Assembly (NCBI GenBank): GCA_003243445.1 | Contig: QFQQ01000018.1 | Coordinates: 24,556-88,555, forward strand | Source: Citrobacter freundii | GTDB lineage: Bacteria > Bacteroidota > Bacteroidia > Chitinophagales > Chitinophagaceae | Length of the DNA stretch: 64,000 nt | Direction of reading: 5' to 3' | Part shown: in pieces, positions 20,771-28,811 of the stretch | Layout of the letters: each line of letters starts with the position of its first letter | Numbering within the stretch: position 1 is the stretch's first letter | Notes under the pieces: generated by a model | Told to the model about the DNA's origin: nothing | Seen by the model: only the letters and a program-made list of their open reading frames with translations | Database searches by the model: none | Position numbers and translations under genes: made by a program

Positions 20771-21601
20771 ATGAAAGAAGATTTTTCACACCTAAGTAAC
20801 GAAGAGCGTATCAAAGCGGAGAATAATATTCTTAAAATGAAACTAATGTTGGAGAAAGGAGCCAGGTTCCATGAGAATGCTGAACCCCTTCCGCCGGAGA
20901 TAGAGCACGAGTTTTTGAAGCATGTCATCGCCTTTGAGAAACAGCTGGAAGAGAGAAAACCCATCCGGGTTTTTGAGAAAATTGGTTCGCCCTCTCAATT
21001 CAAACCCGTAATAGAGATAAAAAGAGGAGAGTTTGATACCGCCTGGGAAGAAATTGATCAGTATATGCGTAAGAGAGGCGTATGTCTGGATGTATGTAGT
21101 CCAAATATCTCTTCAAAGGAACTTTACCGCTTTACAGTGGAAGAACTATTTCAGGAAGAGATAGAAGACTTTGATATGCCGGGTATGATCTATTGTTTTA
21201 TTTATGATGAATTTCATCCTGACCCGGTTTATGACAATGGTCTCGCTGCAATGAGTGTGATCAGTCGTATTCTCCAGCAGAACCTGGTCGAATATCTTCC
21301 ACACCTGAGAAAAAATAATCTGAGGTTGAATAGCCGGTTGCCGCTTACAAATGAAGAATTCAGCTGGTATGTTAACCAGTTCAAGCAGGCATACGAAAAA
21401 ATAGACACACCTGAGCTCGAGCAGGGAGAATGCACTGTAAAAGATAAATACTCGGTAGTCAGTGGTAAATATAAACTTAAGTTGTCGCTGCAAACTGAAT
21501 ACCTGCAATTGCAAGGGCAGTGGACGGTCGAGTTTGAGTTTGATGAAGAAATCGGCTACTGGTATGTTTTTAATGTTCAGATAGAAGGGATTAATTTCTG
21601 A
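20771..21601 (+). CDS. Hypothetical acidic protein (276 aa), no recognisable domain
   Basis: Clean ORF between two DNA-repair-type radical SAM genes. A 12-bp perfect IR lies at 20712-20723 / 20754-20765, directly upstream. Confidence 0.5.
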   Translation: MKEDFSHLSNEERIKAENNILKMKLMLEKGARFHENAEPLPPEIEHEFLKHVIAFEKQLEERKPIRVFEKIGSPSQFKPVIEIKRGEFDTAWEEIDQYMRKRGVCLDVCSPNISSKELYRFTVEELFQEEIEDFDMPGMIYCFIYDEFHPDPVYDNGLAAMSVISRILQQNLVEYLPHLRKNNLRLNSRLPLTNEEFSWYVNQFKQAYEKIDTPELEQGECTVKDKYSVVSGKYKLKLSLQTEYLQLQGQWTVEFEFDEEIGYWYVFNVQIEGINF

Positions 21602-21676
21602 TAAGATCGTTGTAGCAGATTGAGCACAGGCTTTGGAAAGAAAACCCCATGAATTTGGAAACTGAATTCGTATAAT

Positions 21677-22930
21677 ATGAATACGCGTACCATTGAGAAA
21701 CTGGCCATTCTATCGGATGCTGCCAAATATGACGTGAGTTGTGCCAGCAGCGGCAGCAACCGGAAAAATGAGAACAAAGGCCTGGGAAATGCTTCAGGTA
21801 TGGGTATCTGTCATGCGTATACCGAAGATGGACGTTGCGTGTCCTTGCTGAAGATCCTGCTTACAAATCATTGTATATATGATTGTGCCTATTGTGTAAG
21901 CCGCCGCAGCAATGATGTGCGTAGAGCTGCCTTTACAGTGGATGAGGTCGTGGATCTTACCATGAGTTTTTATCGCCGGAATTATATAGAAGGACTATTC
22001 CTTAGTTCCGGCATTTTTAAAAACGCAGATTATACGATGGAACGGCTTGTTAAGATCGCGCAAAAGCTTCGCACCGAACACCGCTTCAATGGATATATTC
22101 ATCTTAAAGCTATACCGGGCGCAAGCCCGGAGCTTTTACAACAAGCGGGTTTGCACGCAGATCGGTTGAGTATGAATATTGAGATGCCAACGCGTGAATC
22201 GCTTGCCTTGCTGGCACCCGACAAGAAAAGGGAGGATATGATCAAACCAATGGAATATATCCGTACGGAGATAGCTCAGCAACAGGATGATAAGGCGAAG
22301 TTCAAAAAGCTGCCGATGTTTTTACCCGCCGGCCAAAGTACGCAAATGGTAATAGGTGCCACGAAAGAGACAGATCGCGATGTGCTCGGCATTGCTTCAG
22401 CGTTTTATCACAAGATGAAATTAAAACGTGTCTATTATTCAGGATATGTTCCGGTGAGTAATGATAAAAGGCTTCCCTCAATCGGAACACCGGTCCCTTT
22501 TATTCGTGAGAATAGATTGTATCAGGCCGATTGGTTACTTCGGTTTTATGGGTTCAAGGTAAATGATCTGCTGACAGGCGATAATCCTCAATTGGATATG
22601 GAGATCGATCCCAAGCTTAGCTGGGCACTGAGAAATATGGATATGTTCCCAGTTGATATTAATACTGCAGATTATCTGTTGCTTATCAAAGTACCTGGAC
22701 TTGGATTGTCCTCGGCGAAAAAGATCTGCCAGGCCAGGCGCTTTGGCAAATTGGGCTGGGAGCAGCTGAAGAAAATGGGTGTGATGATCAATAAAGTTAA
22801 ATACTTCCTTGTTTGTAATAAGGGTAATGAAATGAAAGATTGGCAACCTGGACAAATCAGAAACTTCATATTAGCTCAGGGCGCAAGTAAGTATAAGCCT
22901 GATTTCTCGCCTCAACTTCAATTATTCTGA
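21677..22930 (+). CDS. Putative DNA modification/repair radical SAM protein (TIGR03916-type)
   Basis: NHCIYDCAYC cluster and the family-typical N-terminal SDAAKYDVSCASSG. Confidence 0.75.
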   Translation: MNTRTIEKLAILSDAAKYDVSCASSGSNRKNENKGLGNASGMGICHAYTEDGRCVSLLKILLTNHCIYDCAYCVSRRSNDVRRAAFTVDEVVDLTMSFYRRNYIEGLFLSSGIFKNADYTMERLVKIAQKLRTEHRFNGYIHLKAIPGASPELLQQAGLHADRLSMNIEMPTRESLALLAPDKKREDMIKPMEYIRTEIAQQQDDKAKFKKLPMFLPAGQSTQMVIGATKETDRDVLGIASAFYHKMKLKRVYYSGYVPVSNDKRLPSIGTPVPFIRENRLYQADWLLRFYGFKVNDLLTGDNPQLDMEIDPKLSWALRNMDMFPVDINTADYLLLIKVPGLGLSSAKKICQARRFGKLGWEQLKKMGVMINKVKYFLVCNKGNEMKDWQPGQIRNFILAQGASKYKPDFSPQLQLF

Positions 22931-22931
22931 T

Positions 22932-23708
22932 ATGGAAAAGGTTTTGTACGACGGTAGTTTCATAGGTCTGCTTACCGCGATATTTGAAGTGTATGAGTAT
23001 AAACTGGAGAATCCCAGTATTACGCGGAATGAAATAGTTGAAGGCTCATTGTTTGGTGGCACACATACGGTTTATTCTGATGAGATAAAAGCCAAACGGG
23101 TGCTGAAAGGTATGGAAGCGAAAATGTCAAAGACAGCAATGACTCAATTCTATCGCTGTTTCCTGTCTGAATTACCAGGAATGGAAGATTGTCTGCTGCG
23201 ATATGCAAAATATACTATCGGTTCAAAGTATCCGGTTGAATCCGATTATGGAAATCCTGATGTCCTTCGGGTTCAGCAGGTCAGCTGGAAAGTACACCGG
23301 GAGAAACATAGAATGGAAGCATTTGTGAGATTTCAATTGACAAAAGACAATTTATATTATAGTCTGATCCAACCTGACTACAACGTATTGCCGCTGATCA
23401 TCAAACACTTTCATGAACGATATGCTGATCAGCGCTGGATGATATACGATGTAAGAAGGAAATACGGTATTTATTATGATCTGCAGACGGTGGAGGAAGT
23501 ACAGCTTGATTTTACGAAGAATGTTCCGGGGTCTGATCAGCACAATACCGGATACCTGGATGAAACCGAACCACTGGTGCAGCAACTTTGGCGGCAGTAT
23601 TTTTCCAGCGTCAATATATCTGAGAGAAAAAATATGAAATTACATATCCGTCACATGCCGAAGCGATACTGGAGATATCTGACGGAAAAAAACGGACATA
23701 AGCAATAG
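22932..23708 (+). CDS. DUF4130 / TIGR03915 'probable DNA metabolism protein', partner of the TIGR03916 radical SAM
   Basis: Translationally coupled (2-bp gap). N-terminus MEKVLYDGSFIGLLTAIFEVY. Confidence 0.65.
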   Translation: MEKVLYDGSFIGLLTAIFEVYEYKLENPSITRNEIVEGSLFGGTHTVYSDEIKAKRVLKGMEAKMSKTAMTQFYRCFLSELPGMEDCLLRYAKYTIGSKYPVESDYGNPDVLRVQQVSWKVHREKHRMEAFVRFQLTKDNLYYSLIQPDYNVLPLIIKHFHERYADQRWMIYDVRRKYGIYYDLQTVEEVQLDFTKNVPGSDQHNTGYLDETEPLVQQLWRQYFSSVNISERKNMKLHIRHMPKRYWRYLTEKNGHKQ

Positions 23709-23773
23709 ACGGATATGTAATTCACCAGGCGTTTGAATCGCTTCGGCATTCGCGCTATACTATTGTTAGGGCA

Positions 23774-24106
23774 TTAAGAATTTGTTGACTTGTTCTTCCG
23801 GTGAGCTATCTGCAACAGCAGTACCTTCTCCTTTTTTATCTGTTGACAAATGCCGATGATCTCAAGGGCATTTTCAGCAACGTTCAATTTTTCAAGAGAA
23901 GATTGAAGCAATACTATTTTTTGAAGACAGTAATTCTCCATTACTTCCAGTGAATCAGCCAGGATCTCCGGCGTAAAAGCGGTTGAGTTGATCTGGTTAG
24001 TTGGTTTGATGTTTTTTCGGTTAGCTGAAAGATGCTTCATAAAATCAGGTTTAATGGTAAGGTCTCTGAATAAGTATGGTTTGCGGTTGGTGTGTTTCTC
24101 TGGCAT
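23774..24106 (-). CDS. Hypothetical small protein (110 aa)
   Basis: ORF only. Confidence 0.3.
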   Translation of the reverse strand: MPEKHTNRKPYLFRDLTIKPDFMKHLSANRKNIKPTNQINSTAFTPEILADSLEVMENYCLQKIVLLQSSLEKLNVAENALEIIGICQQIKKEKVLLLQIAHRKNKSTNS

Positions 24107-24253
24107 AAAATTGAGGATTGAGCCTGATCAGATCAAGCGATGGCCTACTGATAATTACGCGTAGTTACTGATAGCGGAATAAGTAGTTCTACGCATCGGC
24201 AACTCATTGCGTAGAAATACCTTAGGCGCGTTAACCATTAAAAAATCATCACC

Positions 24254-24763
24254 ATGACTACTTCCAGGAAATCAATTTTCTCATCAGGAGGGCTTATTTT
24301 GCTGGCCTCTGTTCTGTTAATGATGAGTTCCTGTACGCCACAGGATAAAGGCGGGGTGCATATACCGGTTCCAAAAGACACTTCCGGCCTTTCAAAAATT
24401 GACCATTTTATTTCCGTTGAACAGATCAATAGTTTCCGCTCAGGCTTTGGAGCTCAGCGAGATACGCTGGCCAGGCAGAATCCGGGGCTTTATTTTCCAC
24501 TTAGTGAGACATTTAACAAACAGGCATTACTGGATCTGTTGAAAGACTCCACAAATGTTGGTATCAGGATCTATTATGGCATCAAGCCAGGCAGTAATCG
24601 CAATGAGGTCCGCCTGATGCTGGTGGGTGTGAATAGTGAAGGTAAAGACCTGTTCTACGAGAAAGGTGGGGCAGATGGAGGAAAAGTTGCTGCCCAGTTA
24701 CCGCCTTCCGGAAAACTCGGTGGCGTTGAATACGGTCAGTGCGATCCACCTTGTTTAAAATAG
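24254..24763 (+). CDS. Hypothetical lipoprotein
   Basis: Signal peptide plus lipobox MSSC. Confidence 0.55.
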   Translation: MTTSRKSIFSSGGLILLASVLLMMSSCTPQDKGGVHIPVPKDTSGLSKIDHFISVEQINSFRSGFGAQRDTLARQNPGLYFPLSETFNKQALLDLLKDSTNVGIRIYYGIKPGSNRNEVRLMLVGVNSEGKDLFYEKGGADGGKVAAQLPPSGKLGGVEYGQCDPPCLK

Positions 24764-24815
24764 ACAATGCAAACAGGCATCGTCTCTAGAAACTGAAAAT
24801 TTTCAGACTGCATAT

Positions 24816-25484
24816 ATGAGCTTAACGCTAAAATTTTGGCTCAGCCTTAGCATTGTTTTCGCAGTTATAATCGGGGTAATAAGATTCAGGAAAATCGATC
24901 CGTCTTATTATCCCTTTATTTACCGGGTAAGCCTGTCATTAGTAGTAGAACTTGTCCGCCGGGTATTGCTCCTGCAGAATAATAATATCGCTGCCACACT
25001 GGTAACCAATCTTTTTTCACTGGCAGATTTTTTATTGTTTGCCTGGCTTTTTCATAACTGGGGATTATTTAAACGGGACAGACGACTGTTCCTGGGAATA
25101 ATTTCCGTCTTTGTTGTCATCTGGCTGATAGCCACCTATGCCTCACCCAACCATTTTTTCTCGCCAAATCTTTACTTCCGGATCATTTACTCATTTGCAT
25201 TGATATTCTTTAGCGTTACCACTCTCAATAGCCTAATTATCAATACCCGGGGAGGAATGCTGAAAAACGCAAAATTCTGGATATGTATAGGGATAATTAT
25301 TTTTTATACCTTGTTCATTATAATCTGTGCTACCCAACTGTCTGTGCTGAGGGAAAACGTGAGCAAGGATTTCCAGCGGCAGTTTTATGATATCATGGTG
25401 TTTTGCAACCTATTTGTGAATCTATTGTATGCAGGCGTGGCTTTATGGATACCCAGGAAAAAAGTCTTTTCAGCAGCTTATTGA
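24816..25484 (+). CDS. Polytopic membrane protein (about 6 TM); probably the N-terminal sensor half of the downstream kinase
   Basis: All hydrophobic. Its 3' end overlaps the HK ORF by 82 bp in another frame, and an A6 run at 25458-25463 lies inside the overlap. Confidence 0.5.
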   Translation: MSLTLKFWLSLSIVFAVIIGVIRFRKIDPSYYPFIYRVSLSLVVELVRRVLLLQNNNIAATLVTNLFSLADFLLFAWLFHNWGLFKRDRRLFLGIISVFVVIWLIATYASPNHFFSPNLYFRIIYSFALIFFSVTTLNSLIINTRGGMLKNAKFWICIGIIIFYTLFIIICATQLSVLRENVSKDFQRQFYDIMVFCNLFVNLLYAGVALWIPRKKVFSAAY

Positions 25485-26200
25485 TTGTTGTAATAGTGGT
25501 AGGCATCGTACTGCTCTACTTTATTATCACAATCATCCGTTATCAACGGCGAAGCCTTGTATTGCATAAAGAAAAGATCAGGGCTGAAATTGACACGCTG
25601 GAAAATGAACGCAAACGTATTGCATCAGATCTGCATGACGAACTTGGCCCCTTACTTTCCGCGGTAAAACTGCAGATCAATAATCTTGAATCCCAGGATC
25701 CGGATGATAAGATACTTATAGACAAATCAAGCCAACATATAGATACGATTATCCGCAGAATGAGGGAAATATCAAATAATCTTATGCCCAATACGCTTCT
25801 TCGTAAAGGATTGGTAAAAGCGATTGACGAATTCATTCAAAGTAATATCGATACCTATAAGCTTTCCATCAAGCTGATCGTGGATGAAGAAATGCAATTA
25901 GGGCTTGATAAGGAGATCAATGTTTACAGGATCGTCCAGGAGATCGTGCATAATACCGTAAAACATGCAAAAGCAACAGTACTGGCCATAAGGATCAGCA
26001 AACAAAATAATATGTTTGTACTGTCAACAACGGATAATGGTACGGGATTTGACTTCTTCGCACGGTCCAGGGAACATACCGGTCTTGGACTTAGAAATCT
26101 GCAGAGCCGCGCTGAGATAATGGGAGGAGAGATCACCTGCACCACCGAAAAAGGAAAAGGCACAAGCTATGTCCTGGAAATACCGCTTCGCGTTGCCTGA
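25403..26200 (+). CDS. Sensor histidine kinase, HisKA_3 (NarX/DegS-type) plus HATPase_c
   Basis: H-box LHDELGP; N/G boxes in the C-terminus. Confidence 0.75.
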   Translation: MQPICESIVCRRGFMDTQEKSLFSSLLIVVIVVGIVLLYFIITIIRYQRRSLVLHKEKIRAEIDTLENERKRIASDLHDELGPLLSAVKLQINNLESQDPDDKILIDKSSQHIDTIIRRMREISNNLMPNTLLRKGLVKAIDEFIQSNIDTYKLSIKLIVDEEMQLGLDKEINVYRIVQEIVHNTVKHAKATVLAIRISKQNNMFVLSTTDNGTGFDFFARSREHTGLGLRNLQSRAEIMGGEITCTTEKGKGTSYVLEIPLRVA

Positions 26201-26302
26201 AGCAATTACAAGACGCCATTTCCAAAAATTGGATGGTTAAATATTTCGATAGCTGATCTCAATTCCGTCTTCGTACCTTCTGAATATCCGTTCCGATACA
26301 CT

Positions 26303-27007
26303 GTGAAACTTCACAAATCTTTTCGAGTTATGAAAGTACATGGTACGATAAAAGTGATCATAGCTGACGATCATGAAATATTCCGTGACGGATTAAAGCT
26401 CATGCTGCAAAAACAGCCCGATATAGAATTACTCGCCGAAGCCGAAGATGGAAAAGAATTGATTGAGAAAGTAGCCGAACTCAAACCGCATGTGGTGATC
26501 ACCGATGTTAAAATGCCAAGAATGGATGGCGCATCAGCCACCCGTTTTCTTACGGAAAAATATCCTGATATCGGCATCATCGCGCTAACCATGTTTGATG
26601 AAGAGGAACAGATCATCGAAATGCTTGAGTCCGGCGCAAAAGGTTATCTTCTGAAAAACGCGGATAAGAATGAGATCAAAGACGCTATTCAATCTGTGTA
26701 CGAACAAACGCCTTACTACTGCAAACATACTTCCCACCGGTTAGCCCAGCTTGTTGCAAAAAGCAAATTCAACCCCTACCGGCAAAAACCGAAACTTGAA
26801 TTCAGTGACAGGGAAAAGACGATCATAACTTATATCTGCGATGGCATCACCAGTAAAGAAATTGCCGAGAAGATCTTTTTAAGCGTTCGCACAGTTGAAG
26901 GATTGCGCATGAAGATCATGGAGAAAATGGATGTAAAGAATACCGCCGGCATCATCATCTATGCGATAAAGAATGGTCATTATTCTGCAGGAAGCATGAA
27001 AGAATAA
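26303..27007 (+). CDS. NarL/FixJ-family response regulator (REC plus LuxR HTH)
   Basis: IADDH...D...VKMP REC motifs and a C-terminal LuxR HTH. The likely start is 26330. Confidence 0.85.
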   Translation: MKLHKSFRVMKVHGTIKVIIADDHEIFRDGLKLMLQKQPDIELLAEAEDGKELIEKVAELKPHVVITDVKMPRMDGASATRFLTEKYPDIGIIALTMFDEEEQIIEMLESGAKGYLLKNADKNEIKDAIQSVYEQTPYYCKHTSHRLAQLVAKSKFNPYRQKPKLEFSDREKTIITYICDGITSKEIAEKIFLSVRTVEGLRMKIMEKMDVKNTAGIIIYAIKNGHYSAGSMKE

Positions 27008-27081
27008 AAGAGAGATCTCATCTTCAAAGACTGCACTGTTTATTGGCGGTAAAATATTTTTTTAAAAAATATTAGAAAAAA

Positions 27082-27114
27082 TTTGGTAGCATTAGAAAAT
27101 TATTTTCATCTTTG
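27082..27114 (+). promoter_or_regulatory. Candidate promoter: TTTG (27082-85) ... 21 nt ... CATCTTTG (-7-like, 27107-14)
   Basis: Fits the Bacteroidota -33/-7 architecture. It lies upstream of the 20-codon ORF. Confidence 0.3.
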
Positions 27115-27161
27115 CAACACAATTAACAAACATGCTACGCATACAATCACATATCGAATCA

Positions 27162-27224
27162 ATGAAGGCATTTAGCCCTAATGGCTATTGGACCTCCGGC
27201 GGTGCATGTATGCATGTTGAATAA
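27162..27224 (+). CDS. 20-aa ORF MKAFSPNGYWTSGGACMHVE, immediately followed by a terminator
   Basis: ORF plus promoter-like and terminator context only. Confidence 0.2.
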   Translation: MKAFSPNGYWTSGGACMHVE

Positions 27225-27255
27225 GATCATCAGACTAAATTCAATGAAATATATG

Positions 27256-27283
27256 CCCCGCAAGAGATTGCGGGGTTTTTTAT
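27256..27283 (+). terminator. Rho-independent terminator CCCCGCAAGAGATTGCGGGG plus T8
   Basis: Read directly from the sequence. Confidence 0.6.
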
Positions 27284-27530
27284 TGCAGTTTGATCGATAT
27301 GTTTTAAATAAAACATTGATTAACAGAATTGGTAACGAAATAATCATCGATGCTAAGAAAAAATATACATCAACGATTTAACAAGCGGAATGCGTTCGCT
27401 GCGTCACCGGCCCTGTGTTTACCCAAAGCACAGACAGGCATAAGTATGCACGTGATTGAACAGGATCGCTTTTACATAAGACCGGATTTTATCTGTACAG
27501 GACCATAGTTTCCTGCGCACAATTGAGATA

Positions 27531-27567
27531 AGCCCGGTCGATCACAACGACCGGGCTTTTTGTTTTT
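27531..27567 (+). terminator. Rho-independent terminator AGCCCGGTCG-ATCACAA-CGACCGGGCT plus T-run
   Basis: Read directly from the sequence. Confidence 0.55.
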
Positions 27568-27596
27568 GACATCTGCCCGTGAAAAAAGGAGGGTAT

Positions 27597-27737
27597 ATGA
27601 TGAAATTTTTACTGATCGTGTTGCTGATACTTTTTATAGGAGAAGTGATCAATAACAAAATAAAAAACAAGACCGCTGAAGACGATGATCGTGTGCCGGG
27701 GAAAGCAAGACATCCGGCAGAATACGATTTGAGATAA
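27597..27737 (+). CDS. 46-aa small membrane peptide (MMKFLLIVLLILFIGEVINNKIKNK...), unusually SD-led (AAGGAGG)
   Basis: One TM segment followed by a charged tail. A strong RBS lies 7 nt upstream. Confidence 0.3.
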   Translation: MMKFLLIVLLILFIGEVINNKIKNKTAEDDDRVPGKARHPAEYDLR

Positions 27738-27797
27738 AAGATTAGTTGCAGAGGAGGAATAAGCGCTCCCCGTGAGATGCAACGGGGACGCTTTAAA

Positions 27798-27869
27798 TAC
27801 CGGGTAGTGTAAAGGCAACACATAGGATTCTGGCTCCTATAAATGCGGGTTCGAATCCTGCCCTGGTAA
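27798..27869 (+). tRNA. tRNA-Gln (CTG)
   Basis: Full cloverleaf folded by hand: U1-A72, D-stem GTGT/ACAC, anticodon loop TTCTGGC, T-arm GCGGG-TTCGAAT-CCTGC. Confidence 0.8.
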
Positions 27870-27934
27870 CAACACATGGACGTGTAATAATCTGCTGAAG
27901 GAATTGCTGATTCATGATCAGCAGCCAACAGGAT

Positions 27935-28007
27935 GGTGGCTGTAGCTTATCGGTAAAGTGCCTGGCTGTGAACCAGGAAAACAGGGTTCGAATCCCGCAG
28001 TGCACCC
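27935..28007 (+). tRNA. tRNA-His (GTG)-like, apparently degenerate (D and anticodon arms intact; T-stem and 3' acceptor strand do not pair as read)
   Basis: G-1 plus GTGGCTG, anticodon loop CTGTGAA, T-loop TTCGAAT. The T-stem reads CAGGG/CCCGC and the 3' end AGTGCACCC does not complement the 5' acceptor strand. Confidence 0.4.
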
Positions 28008-28039
28008 GATGGATCCGTATCCAAATGAGAAAATGAAAC

Positions 28040-28113
28040 AGGTCCGTAGTTCAACTGGTCAGAGCACCGGCCTCATAAGCCGGGAGTTGAGAGTTCGAGT
28101 CTCTCCGGGCCAA
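28040..28113 (+). tRNA. tRNA-Met (CAT) (identity as initiator, elongator or Ile2 unresolved; A1 x A72 mismatch as folded)
   Basis: Anticodon loop CTCATAA and perfect T-arm GAGAG-TTCGAGT-CTCTC. Confidence 0.7.
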
Positions 28114-28117
28114 CAAT

Positions 28118-28189
28118 GGATGAATAGCTCCAATGGTAGAGCACCGGTTTGAAGCGCCGGCTGTACGGGTTCGAATCCTGTTTCATCCA
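28118..28189 (+). tRNA. tRNA-Phe (GAA)
   Basis: Acceptor GGATGAA/TTCATCC, anticodon loop TTGAAGC. Confidence 0.8.
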
Positions 28190-28310
28190 CATGATTTTTT
28201 TAAAACTAAAAATAAGTTGTCATTGATGGCTGCGCGATAGTATGTTTTACTGAGCCTGCTCAGCTGACAATGCAAAACCAACAAACAATTAAACAGTAAA
28301 AAATGAAACA

Positions 28311-28799
28311 ATGGAGCAGGTTCATCAGCAATGGAGAAAGTTAAACGGAGAAAGGATCCGGCAATCTATCGTAGACGAGATCAGGCAGGCGATCGTGCGC
28401 GAAAAAGAGTTGGGCCACGAATTGAAAGTGTGCATCGGTACGGATAGCCAGGTGAAAGGCCGGGGAATTGAATTCGCAACCGTAATTGTTTTTATAAGAA
28501 AAGGCAAGGGCGGATTCATGTATATCAACCAGGAGTTGAGTAAAACAAAAATGACCGTTAAGCAGCGGATGTTAGCGGAAGTAAGTAAAAGCGTGGAGAT
28601 CGCATATGAATTGAACAGATTGTTCACATTATACAATGTGGATATGGAGGTTCATGCTGATATCAACACAAACCCTTCTTTTAAAAGCAATGATGCGTTA
28701 AAAGAAGCAATGGGTTATATCACGGGAATGGGGTTTGCATTTAAGGCAAAGCCTGATGCTTTTGCAAGTTCCGCATGCGCGAATAAAATTGTTCAGTAA
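28311..28799 (+). CDS. DUF458 (YkuK-like, predicted RNase-H-like fold) protein
   Basis: Conserved IGTDSQ core; 162 aa. Assigned from memory. Confidence 0.45.
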   Translation: MEQVHQQWRKLNGERIRQSIVDEIRQAIVREKELGHELKVCIGTDSQVKGRGIEFATVIVFIRKGKGGFMYINQELSKTKMTVKQRMLAEVSKSVEIAYELNRLFTLYNVDMEVHADINTNPSFKSNDALKEAMGYITGMGFAFKAKPDAFASSACANKIVQ

Positions 28800-28811
28800 T
28801 AAAATTTAAAA

